A DNA stretch of 64,000 bases, from the NCBI RefSeq assembly GCF_964194025.1, contig NC_134468.1, positions 74,834,001 to 74,898,000 on the forward strand. Reading direction: 5' to 3'. Below the pieces are notes generated by a model, which worked only from the letters and a program-made list of their open reading frames with translations, was not told the origin of the DNA and did not search any database. Source of the stretch: Convolutriloba macropyga. Its lineage: Eukaryota. Below, in pieces: positions 25,147-36,600 of this stretch (position 1 is its first letter; each line of letters begins with the position of its first letter). Both the position numbers and the translations under genes were made by a program.

Positions 25147-25658
25147 AACATAGCTGGCAGATTGCCAGAAAATAGCCGCAATAGCTTCGTAGATCTGCAG
25201 TCTCAAAAAAGCAGTAAAAAAGACAGACCATGTCTTTTCACTGAAGGGTGATATGTTATGTTTTGATTAAAAATCTGTACAAGTTGTTGCCGCCTCTATT
25301 AGCTGCTCTCAAATAACCTTCATTTAGAGTGACACACACCCATTTGACCTAAAATCTTTTTTGAATTAAAGTAAATAAAAGTCAATTTCAAAGTGAGGAA
25401 GTTATTTTTGTAAGTGAAGTAAGTCAAGTGTGACCAAAAATACAAGCACGCAAATGAACAAAAAAACTCGCTCCACTAAGAGCGAAAAATGACATCACGC
25501 ACGCACTGCAGTTGAAATTGCATGAACGAACGAACAAAAAGCAGATTTGAAGTGGTTGTGACGTCATATGGTCGTAACAAAAATCGCGACGAAATAAAAG
25601 AAAAAACAAAGAGAAGGCCATTAATAGCCCCAGCTATCGCTGTGCGGTTATTAAAAAA
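25147..25658 (-). mobile_element. HINE-like element, copy B (about 0.5 kb), upstream of UTP3
   Basis: aacatagctggcagattgccagaaaatagccgca at the left end and taatagccccagctatcgctgtgcggttatta plus A-run at the right end. Internally colinear with 50922-51400. Confidence 0.72.
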
Positions 25659-26039
25659 GAAATGCCTGAAAAAGTCATTTGAGAAGTCAAAGATTATTCT
25701 AGAAGAAAAGCGCAAAACAGTTAAGCAAAAAATTTGCATAAAAACAAAAAGACACACAAGTTTGCAATAATTGCTTCTCATTCGAGAATAATTAAAAATT
25801 TCACTCGCAAACGAACATTGATCTCAGACAAAACCCACGCCCAGTATCTAGACAAAAACAAATTCCCGAGAAGAGCTATTTTCATTAGGTAACGAAAAGA
25901 CAAAACCCAGAAAAAACAATTATATATTCCAGTTGACAATGAAAACGTAAATCAAGCTAAGCTTCATATTAAAGCTTGTAATTAAAGTAAACTGAAAAAC
26001 TGTTTTATTAACTCTCAAACATGTAGTAGACAGTCGGAA

Positions 26040-26490
26040 AATTGGCACGAGAGAAAAGAGGCTAGGGCTTAGGGATGCTAGCATTAGGGAAGCGACCGGA
26101 ATGTATATGAGAGAGGTGGCAAGCATTGGGGGGGGGGGGGGGGGGGGTCACGCAATGGGGGGCAGGGTTACGAAGGCTATATGAGCGGGGGTTAAAATCG
26201 ACAGATGCAGAATGGGGGTGACTGAGGGGGTCGAACTATTAAGATTAAGACACCCACTTCACGCCATGAAATTATCTCCTCCAAACACTTTTGGCGAATC
26301 GCATTCTTAGAGCACAATAAGGGCTTAGGGCTGTAAGAGAACTCAATGCCCACTGAGCGCTATCCATTTATCCCGTTTTTGAGGACGAAGTCACATGGGT
26401 CAGACAAAAAGTAGGTCATGCGAAAAATCGCAAAAAGCCCAAAAGGACTCAAATAATTGCTACTAACTTCGTTTGAGAGCAATTAATCAT
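26040..26490. repeat. Unclassified dispersed repeat (G-rich head), related to 55100-55495
   Basis: Shared segments cttcacgccatgaaa versus cttcacaccatgaaa, and cttcgtttgagagcaatt (also near 22292). Confidence 0.5.
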
Positions 26491-27359
26491 CTAGCACAAC
26501 GTTAACGGATAGAAAGTGGTTGGTGGGCATGGTCATTGTTAAAAATCAATTACTAATCTTAATTTTTACTATCATTTTAACCACCAATCGTTGTTGCTAA
26601 TCAAACCAATAGTCAAAACCAAATTGTAGGAAGCAAAATTTAAAAGCTTCGTGCGAAATTGCTAAATTTTAATTTACTCCGTAGAACTCACCGTCAGGTC
26701 CACAAATTACCCGGGTAGTGTAGCCTACAAATATCAAAATAACTTTTCAATTCAAAACCAGCATTGCTTACTGATTTCATTCTACCACAAAAATATAGGA
26801 AACCTTTCATTGCCGAAGCATTGTTTCAATTTGAACAAAATTAACAAGCTTTTACTTATAACAATTATTTTTCATTTCTCGCCACCAATATTTTCCGATT
26901 AAGACGCCTGAGTTAACTGTCACACACAAATGATACCAAACAGAACCTTAAAGTGCTGTTCTTGACAAAAACTACGGAGCAATGTTCAAGAACTATTTTC
27001 GAGGAAAAATGCCGATTGAATTTGTGAATTTCCTCAGAGCGCAGGGTCTTGAACATAAGAACTGAGCAGGGAGATTGATTCAAGACTTGGGACAGAAAAA
27101 AATCAATTTAGGAAGAGTTTGGGAGAAAGAACGCATTGATTCAAAATTTTTTCAAAAGCTTTGAGCAACGAGACACAATTTTCTTTTATAGAAACTGGTT
27201 TTTCATACGAAACTACAGAAATAAACTGTTAACAATTCTTTACTGACAAAAACAATTTATGCAAATTCTCCGTCAGTTCAACTATGATGCGTGAAAAAAA
27301 TTATTGACTTTGAAAGTATTTAGAATAACCTGAAACCTTAAAAAATCTTTTGAGGGAGG

Positions 27360-27760
27360 TAAATACATTGCCAGTAGATTGCCGCGAAACTCAAAAAGCT
27401 ATGTGCGAAACATTCAGCTACAACTTAAAAAATATTGTTATAATTCATTCCACAGAAACTTTTATTAGGTACCTTTATAGCAAATACGAGTTGTTTGACC
27501 TTAAACTACTTTACTTTAAATTTAAGCAAACGCAATTTTATTGAGTGCGGTTAGCCATGTATGGTCAAAATCTTATCATGCAAATGACCTATAAACGTTG
27601 GCTAAAGAGAGTGAGAAAAATTGTCACGCGCGTAAACGCCGTTAGTGATAGGAAGAATTCATTCAGAAAAATTTACTTTTTCACCTTTGCGGATCAAAAC
27701 GACGAAACAAGAACATAGCCTGAACAATTTCGGAACCAGCTCGAAGCCTCAGAACTTAAC
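27360..27760 (-). repeat. Internal fragment of the HINE-like family
   Basis: Colinear with 35250-35640 (aattcattccacagaa, tcacgcgcg-aaa-gccgttagtga, gacgaaacaa-aacatagcc). Confidence 0.65.
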
Positions 27761-29259
27761 AAAGAACCATACTGGCAGCCAAAACGAATGCCTGTTGACT
27801 TGAACATTTTACTCCAACAGATTTGATTTAAAAAATTCAAAAGTTCACATGGCTGTCATAATGAGAAAGATTTGAGCAGTGGCGTCATTGGAACAAGTTA
27901 AGAAAAACAATCACATAATTCGGTAAAAAAAACATCCACATAGAATTAAAATACATAGAATTTCGCCTCAAAAAACGCACTGAAATCGCGATACTGCAAA
28001 GTTTCATGAAATAATTGGCAGCGTTGAAAACCAGCCAAAATTCTTAGGATGGTCAAACACTGACAGTGCTAAAAATTTGTAAAAAAAACAATACCAGTCT
28101 CAAGAAATAAGAGCTCCACAATCAACTCTGCGCGCCAAAACGATGTGAAACCATAAGGCAGATAAAACTCTTCAAAAATAAAACTGAATTTTACTACTGA
28201 AACTGATTTTACTAAAACTGAATTAAACTAAAGGTTACTTAAACAAGAATTTTTGGAGTCACGAAAATTGAGACAAATTAGATATAACAAGCTGCTTTAC
28301 GGCTGTTCAATTTGATCAATGTATTGAGATATCATCAACGGAGCAGGAATGTTTTTTTCTCATTTTTAATCATTGTAATCAAGAGACAAATCAACATGTT
28401 TCAGGAGCTCCTCAAATTTTTAAAACATGTTATCACACATGTCTCAGATTTAGCAATACGGAAATAGAGTTTAGCACATCAAACTCACTGAAACAAAGAG
28501 GTCACGCTAACGAACCTATCTGTTGGCTTTAACATGAAACATTGTTGGCTATTGTCCTTTTTTTGGATAACAATGGCCAAATGACAAAAACAAGCTCTGC
28601 AGAAGAATGAAGCATTCATCGATGAAGACTGATTAAGAATTCATCGAAAAGTAAGCCTAACTCAAAAGTTTTCCTTTGGGCAAATGTCAACATTAGCCTT
28701 TCCGAGAACTCATGAGTAAAAATCTGCTGACATTGCAAATCCAGTTTAGAAAGACTTATCAAGTCGTGTGTACTATTAAAATCTAAAGAATGAAAATTGG
28801 GTGATCAAAAGCATTAATGAACCAATCCAATAAAAAAACAGTTAAGAAAATACAATCTGATGTTAAATTATGAAATTATCTTTTGAAGCTCCCAAGAAAA
28901 AGTTAATGCGCACACTAAAAACCCCATTTCCAATGCCCAAACATAACCAAGTTTAATAATTTGTTGGCCATTGAATGAAATTCTTTTTTACCCATATGAA
29001 ACAGTAATGGCTGCTTAGAAACGGGCGACAAGAAAAACAATTTGGACAGAACTTCAGTTCAAAGGATATCAAAACCAAAAGAAATCCAATTACTTTTTTC
29101 AGAAAAACTTCAGCTTAACTTCAAAACCTAGAGATAACAAATAGAGAACTCAAAGATCTAGTTTCACAAGATCAACAAAGCACATGACTCCATAATAATT
29201 TAAGATGCTCAATCAGTCAAAAAAATTCCCTTTCCACACCATCATCTTTTTCTCCAGCT

Positions 29260-29941
29260 TCAAATGTATTGACAACCACATCCTGGACAGATCTCAATGT
29301 CTGCGCCAGTGGAGCAAATTTCTGCATTCTTCTTTTGCTCCGTAGCAGGGTTAACAACACTCGTATGGGATGTCTTTAATGTCTCACTGTTGGCACCCGC
29401 TTTCTTTCCGTCAGTGGGCAAACCCTCGTTATAACGACCCGAACGCAAACTACCAGCACAAACGTGAACCTCAACTTCAACATCAATGGATTGGCATCCC
29501 TTTTTAATGCTTCCACCAGTTCCGTTTTCTTTCTTTTCCCGTCGCCGTTTGGTTAGTGGAGCCGCTCCATCTGATATTGCAGAATTCAGCGACTCCTTCT
29601 CGCTGCACTTCTTTCGTTTCAATCTTGAAAAAAAGTAAAGTTCGTCTCTGCTGTCAGATACCAAGTCATGTAAATTGGGATTAAATGGTCGATATTTAAC
29701 CCAATAAAAAAGCGCGGAAGAATTGAACTACGACTTGAAAAAGCCTCGCTGAATTTGTTCGCAGCGCTGAGAATTCTGGCGCGCCTATTTCGTTTCCAAC
29801 TGCGCGCTTGACGTGCTTAATAGCAAGCTCGACATCTTCTTCAACGCTCTCAAAAGATTTTTTAAAATTAATTTGCAGAAAAACAAGTGCAAAAGTTGAA
29901 GAAAGCATTTTATTCAGCACAGCTAGTGAATGATTTCGCAC
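29260..29941 (-). pseudogene. Two adjacent ORFs joinable by one frameshift; unknown product
   Basis: 29696-29941 and 29260-29664 become one frame if one base is removed from the A6 run at about 29706-29711. Confidence 0.3.
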
Positions 29942-30524
29942 AAACCTTGATTAAAAATAGATCACACAACAAACGGTTACTCTGATGCAGCGAAATTAAA
30001 CCGGTGTAGTAAATTTGAAACACGCGCCGATCGGTTGATTTCAAAAACCCCGACGTTTTTGTTCAGTCCGTGTGCAAACAAAGATATAAAAACAAAACTT
30101 TAAAGCAGCAACGATCGTCTAGCAATGGCGAAGGTTAAACAACCATACAGAAGCTACACATTCACGCCTGTAAAACGTTAAATAAATACCAAAGAGAGAC
30201 GTAATTAAGATGATTGACTGACTAGAGGGGTTCACATTATTGCATCACTTGGTAAATCAAACAAACACCCATCCATCCATCCATCCACGCACCCACTTAT
30301 ATACTGAGGAGAGATGCATTAAAGAAGAAAATATAAAGTTTATTTCCCTTATTGACTGAACGACTTTGGAAGTGGATGGGGGGTTCGAAAACAAACTTAA
30401 AGGCCCCCTCCCCCATTCCACCACCTCCTCATCAAATGACAAGATGAAGGCACTCACTTGATAACAGCTTACAGTCTGCTAAACCCACGCACTGTCGGCT
30501 ATTACAGAAAAGAATAATAAACAC

Positions 30525-31602
30525 GGTGCTAGGAAAATTGGCCGACAGGGCGTTTAGCCGACAAGCCAAAAATGAGCAATTTAGCCGACAAGCGTTCTGA
30601 TTCGTCAAAAATTCAATTGAGTATGGATTAAAAATTACCATATATTTCAGCAATTGAGTTCCAGTAGTTTTCAACGCCAATACTTGCGTTCAAGTATGAG
30701 TCCTTAAGTCTGAGAATTTGCTCAATTAATTGAATTTGTTGACCTCTTTGAGAGGGTGGAGGCTCCCCCCTACCGTGTCTGCGAATCTCTAGTCGCGAAT
30801 AACTTTCTTCTCTTAATAGTTTTTTGATAACTGTCCAAAAATTTGGGATGCAAGTTTGAAGTTCCTTGCCGCAGCCCAAATTCGAGTCCTTGATCGGTAA
30901 CAAAAAGTAAAATACCCGATTCCTGAAGTAACAAAAATCTTTGGCTGCCTTCTGTTTTGTCCATTCTTCTGGTAAAAAAATTTCATCAAAATTTTTTGGA
31001 ATTTATGGTAGAATTTTTTCTTGTCACACCCATACTCCTTCGAATTTGGTCGTATCTCGGTGGTATAAACTCTTCTGTGTTGGAAATTTGTACTTGATTG
31101 TCATATGTTTGTTTCAGAGGACGGGTAGGGTTGTTTTCAATACTATTCAGAACTCTTTTTCGAAAATTTTCTGATTCAATTTGTTCAGTCGGCGGGGGGT
31201 GATTGTGGGGTGTCGGATTATTTAAAATTTGGGTCTCGGTCCCATTCATTGATAATGTTGATTTGCAGTCCTTATTGCAACACTTGAAGTCAATAAAATT
31301 CTCCCTTGATTTATTTTTTTTTAATAAAAAGTTGTCAATTTTCAGGTTTTTCCCCCGAGTTTTTGCGTCTATAAACTCAAATTCCATTCCGATTACGCAA
31401 TAATTGAGTCAAGAATTAACCAATTTAATTGAACGCATTTATATTTTATTGCTTATAAGTTCATTCACATTGTTTGCTATTTCTAAATAGCATCTTAATT
31501 TGCGGTATTTTTCGACCAATCAGATCGCAGTATTATTTGTCGGCTAAATTTCTCATTTTTGTTTGTCGGCTAAACGCCCTGTCGGCCAATTCGGCGGCCG
31601 CC
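30525..31602 (-). mobile_element. Mutator-like (MULE) DNA transposon, internally deleted
   Basis: 9-bp TSD aataaacac at 30516-30524 and 31603-31611. GG...CC ends and about 60-bp imperfect TIRs (aattggccgacagggcgtttagccgacaa). Contains a FLYWCH-like N-terminus (FKC...C...HNH, 30986-31387) and a transposase C-terminal remnant (PNFWTVIKKLLREE), but no DDE core. Confidence 0.88.
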
Positions 31603-31684
31603 AATAAACACGCAGCTAGCACCGAAGAGAATAAACACGCATCTAGCGTAGAGAAGAAAACCAGTACAGAGTAGTGTAAACACG

Positions 31685-32051
31685 GGTGGCGGTCAAGCAA
31701 GCCGATAGTTAAGCAAGCCGAAATTCGAAAATGAGGTCAAGTAAGCCGAAAAATTTTCGGATACCCGTATTTTAAGTTGCCCCTGGCGGGCCGGTGGGCG
31801 CGCTTCGCCGCGATAACCGGCCCGCTATTTCCGGATTACATCCCACAGCGGATGAGAGGCATGGCCATGGACACCGGTCTGCTGAGGCCCGTAACCACTA
31901 GATGTCTTAAAATTGACGCATTTGTTTCTTTGGTGCATTGGAATACATTATGCACTATAATACTACGCGCAGTAGATTACATAACTATTACATAACTTTC
32001 GGCTTGCTTTTCTGTCGGCTTGCTTGCCTATCGGCTTACTTTGCAGTCGCC
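31685..32051. mobile_element. MULE-type MITE (367 bp)
   Basis: Three aagcaagccga-type units at the left end, mirrored as tcggcttgctt at the right end. GG...CC ends. Flanks gtaaacacg and gtaattacg match 7/9 as a degenerate TSD. Confidence 0.72.
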
Positions 32052-32138
32052 GTAATTACGTAGCGAGCACAGAATGGAAAGCACCTGAGACGAAATAGGT
32101 AGCTAGCACTAACGTAATTTATATAGAGCTCCCACCCT

Positions 32139-32225
32139 CCTACTTAGTCTAGTGGTTAACATCAATTTTATAACATCTCATTAATAACCACCACTACGAG
32201 GTTCAAATCCAACAGCAAACAAAAT
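32139..32225 (+). repeat. Pol III (A/B box) SINE-like fragment
   Basis: tagtctagtgg (A box) and ggttcaaatcc (B box) about 55 bp apart. Confidence 0.35.
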
Positions 32226-32743
32226 TTTTCTTGCAGAACGCCACGTTTTCATGTCGCTAAAACATGCAAACATAGGCGCTTAAAGGTGGTGTTCAATGGC
32301 TCTGTCGACGTTGAATCAATATATAGATTCACTAGTTGGACATATCTTACCTAAAAACAAGTTATAACTTTTGCAATAAAAAATTTAAAGAAAAAGACAA
32401 AAGAAAGGGAAGAATACAAAACAAAAAATCGTTTAATAGCAAAACTGAGGCCTCAAGATTTTTGTAGAAATAAATAGTCGGTCAAAACTATTAAATGGCA
32501 TTTCAGCAAAAACTGAGAAATAAAGAAATAAAGATCTGCAAGAAACAAAATGACAAATTGCTAACAAATAAATTTGAAAAAGCTAGAAAACAGGCTGAAA
32601 TCATTCAATTTTTTAAACAACTGATAAAGTCATAGCAAATAAAAATAGAAAAACTAAAATAATAGAATGCTAGAATGACACATGCTAGAAAATGGAGAAT
32701 AAAAACACATTCTTTGAAAAAACTCTTAATTTTGAAACTTAAA

Positions 32744-33590
32744 ACCAGATTGCCGGAATAGCAGCGAAAGAATAGATTCGCTTGCCGTAAAATACAGATA
32801 GAATCAGATGTGGAAAAGTTTTTGCTGCCCTTTTATTCAATGGGGATGCACATTTGAGAACAATTTTGGGTGCAAAAACGTTTACCGAAGCAGAGGTTCG
32901 GCGTACAAACCGGCTGCATTAACCACTAGGCTAGATGTCCCTTATTCTCTCTTATATTACAAACAACTCTGTTTTAGCAACAGACAAAAATTCTGAATGC
33001 GAGCAATTTAGGTCACACAAAAGGCAAGAAATCAAGCGTGAAAGTGACTCAAAACGTGAAGCGACAGAATGTTCTAGAAAAAAATGTAAAACGAAAAAGA
33101 GTGTCAGACGACGAAACAAAAAACATAGCAGGACAAGTCCTGACGCACAATTCAATGAAATTTCAGAAATTTTTGGACTGAAAAAACTGGACCTAGAACT
33201 GACTATGAGTGAATTGGGAAAACCATGTCAAAATGCCGCATTTGAAAAAACCACTAGCGAAAAATGAAAATTTGGTTCAGACAAAAAACTGGGCCTAGAA
33301 GGAACTATGAATGGACTAGGAAAACCATCTAGAAAAAAATACGATCCAAAAAAAATCGAAAAAACAGTAAAATTCAAAGTGAAATTGCCGCATGTGAACA
33401 AAAAACTACTAGCGAGAACTCCAATTTGGCTTCAAAAATCATGAAAATGTGTGACCAGATCTTAAAAAAATTGAAAATATCTTTAAAAAATTTTAAGTGA
33501 AAATATTTTCACTGTATTTCAAAAACTCAACGCCATTTATCACTTTTTTCAGAAAACTATTATTAGGAAACCGAAATTGAAATCCCTGAC
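32744..33590 (-). mobile_element. Truncated HINE-like copy
   Basis: cagattgccggaatagcagcgaaagaataga matches the copy D terminus (35133-35162). It also shares gtcagacgacgaaacaaaaaacatagc with 35576-35601. Confidence 0.55.
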
Positions 33591-33694
33591 GGTGCATTCA
33601 GCGTTGGAAGCTTCTATTAGCTTTGCGACAAGCTTTGTGACAGTAAACAATGAATGTTTAAGAATATGTATTCTTTTCAAAATGTATTGTAATT

Positions 33695-36600
33695 TCAGTT
33701 TCTGCGACTGACGTAAAATCGCTCCTCTGCAGTGAGTGACAATTTGACAGGCACTTCCACAATGTGTTCAATTAGCTCTTTACTCTCGGCCACAATCTTT
33801 CTGAGAGTATTGGCATTCTGACCCAGAACTAGTCCCATCTGATAGGGCGTCTAAAAGCACACGCAGAGGATGCCAACTTAATTTGCATAAACATTCCTAA
33901 CGTGCACAGTATTTGGATATTTTACGTTACCCCCCCAAAGTTATTTAACGCACTCTTCCACAGTTAATCATTATTTCATAAAATAGCACATCCGTGGGTG
34001 CTAATAGCGTGGATCCACTCAGCTGGGGGGGGGGGGGGGGGGGGTTGGACTAAACGGAAAAGTCCAAACTCCGCCATATTTATTGACCTAATCCTGAACT
34101 ATTTCGACAATTAAATATTGTATAGCATCGCAAGTCATAACTGTCGTTTTTTTTAAAGACTGAAGATGGCTTGCACGTTACGGCAATTACTCACAACAAG
34201 GACAGCCACAACAACCAGCTGGTTTTCCGTCTCAAATATATTTTGCAGCTCAATGTTAACTTTGTAGGGCAGGTGGTGAGGGAGGTTCTCAAACACGCGT
34301 GAAATGATTGCATTCTTCACCACTTTCTCCAGACTAGCATTCGTATACACCCCATCCTTCACCTTAATGAAAACAGACCAGCTCTATATCTCTTGATTGA
34401 GAGTGAACTAATAGCATTTTCGAGGGCACTAAGCACGGTATAAACTTTGTCGTTATTCTCCGCAAAAAAAAACACAAAGTGAAAAATTTGTATAAATGCG
34501 TTTATGTAAAAACGTTGTCTTGCATTATGAAGTTTCCCAATATAAATTACATTTAAATGCTCTCAACTTTTTAACATGGACTTACTTCAAAGCGACTAGG
34601 TTTTGCCCTCTGGAAAAAGTACGATTTGAGATCCGCAATTCCGTATCCTTCCAAAGCGGATAGCTGGAACACTGCCGAAAACCCATTAAAGCCTCGACGT
34701 TTCTTCAACAAAGCTAACTGTGCGAAATATTCGTCGTCGTCTCGGTCTAAGACGTCAACAAGAGAAGGTTTAGAAACCAGACTATCCTCTGGTGAGGTTG
34801 AGATGTATTCAGCGGCTACTCCATCACTTGCTACCAAATCTTCATTTGACTCAGCAGCCGAATCTTGCGGAATATTCATTTGCCTTTTAAATTTGTCGGT
34901 GAGATGTGATGAAAAATCACTAGAAAGTAAACCTTTCCCCGGATTGATTTGAGTTAATCTGCGTTCAATTGACTTTCCTCCAATAACGCCCTCTGTCAAA
35001 ACTTGAACGACACTTCTGAGTTTTTTGGGTGATCCTGAAAACAGACCAAGAAAACTTCAATTTCGTCCAATTCACAATTGTTGCTGTTTAATGGCAACTG
35101 CCATACTATTTATATGCATAAAACATAGCCGGCAGATTGCCGGAATAGCTGCGAAAGAATAGACCTGCGTGCCATATTATAGAGATAGAAACAGATACAG
35201 GTCTAAATTGAAAAAAAAATTGACGCCGCTCAAAAAACTAGGCTAAAAAACATTCAGCGATAAATTAATAAAGCTTGTTCAAATTCATTCCACAGAAGCC
35301 ACATACTAGGGACCTTTACTGCACATATGAGTTCCTTTGACCTTAAACAAATTCAAATTAAACTTAAGTTTTAAAGTGCAAAAGTCATTTTATTGAGTGA
35401 GGTAAGTCAAGTATGATCAAAATCTAATCACGCAAATAACCTTAAAACTTTCGCTAAAGCGAGTGAGAAATGACGTCACGCGCGCAAATGCCGTTAGTGA
35501 GAGGAAGAAGTCATTCAGAAAATTTGACTTTTTCAGCTTTTGCTGTGTGAACAAATGTAAAACGAAAAAAGAGCGTCAGACGACGAAACAAAAAACATAG
35601 CCGGAAGAATTCCGGAAGCGACTCGAAGCGTCAGAACTTCACTAACAAAACCGTGATTGCAGCGGAGACCACTACCTTTTGTATTAAACCATTAACTCAC
35701 TACCTCTCCAGGTCTGCTCTAAAAATTGGTGAAACTTAAACCACTGTCACCAAGAGAAACAAAATGCAGCAAAATTTTATATGATTAAAAACGTTTGGTA
35801 ACGTTAAACAATCCGAAATAAATAAACTGGTCAAAAAACTGAGTCTGAAAAACCTGACAAGGTTATCAATTGCCCTCAACTGATTCATGATTCTAATCTG
35901 AAAAATATCGCGAAAGCAAACGGCAGATAATAATCTTAGAAACTAAGTTAAATCTTTTCAAAAAAGAAAGCACAAATTTAAGAATCAGAAAACACCTATA
36001 ATTACACTTCTAATCACTGCAATAAAGACAAAAAACAGCACACATTTGTTCCTTGTTGTACATATGCTAGTAGGCACAATGTAAGGAACACCGTAACAAA
36101 AAGACATGATTTTTGAAAATTAAAATTCAATTTAAAAAATTCAAGAAAAACGAATACATTTCATTGTTCAGCATTCAAGACATAGAAAAGACAACAAGTC
36201 ATCCGATACAAAGGTCTATTTTCCTGAAGAGAACAAAAAAATAGGAAAAATCAGAATTCATAAATACGCAACATTGAAACATTCTGCAAAAAAAATTGTC
36301 AAAAACTTTTAAGACTGCATTTATGAAAAAGTTTTAACTGTTTTTCAAAAACTCAACGCCAAAAAATGATTGAATTTTTTTTGAAACGAAATTAAGGTCC
36401 CTCATGTTGCACAAAAAGAATATCTCTAGCAATTACATCCAAAATACAAACAGAAAAACTGACGAAAATCGGAGAAAAACTTCCGAAATCGGATTAGCAT
36501 ATGTAAAGTTTTATAAAACAAAATTACCTCGAGGTAGAAAGAGGCGTTGAGTATATGAATTATCACAGAGAAGTTGCCATATTAACTGATTTTCGACAAA

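Noticed and set aside
27760-29230. Possible highly decayed transposase region
   Set aside because: It looks coding-like in places, but I could not identify any motif or ORF.
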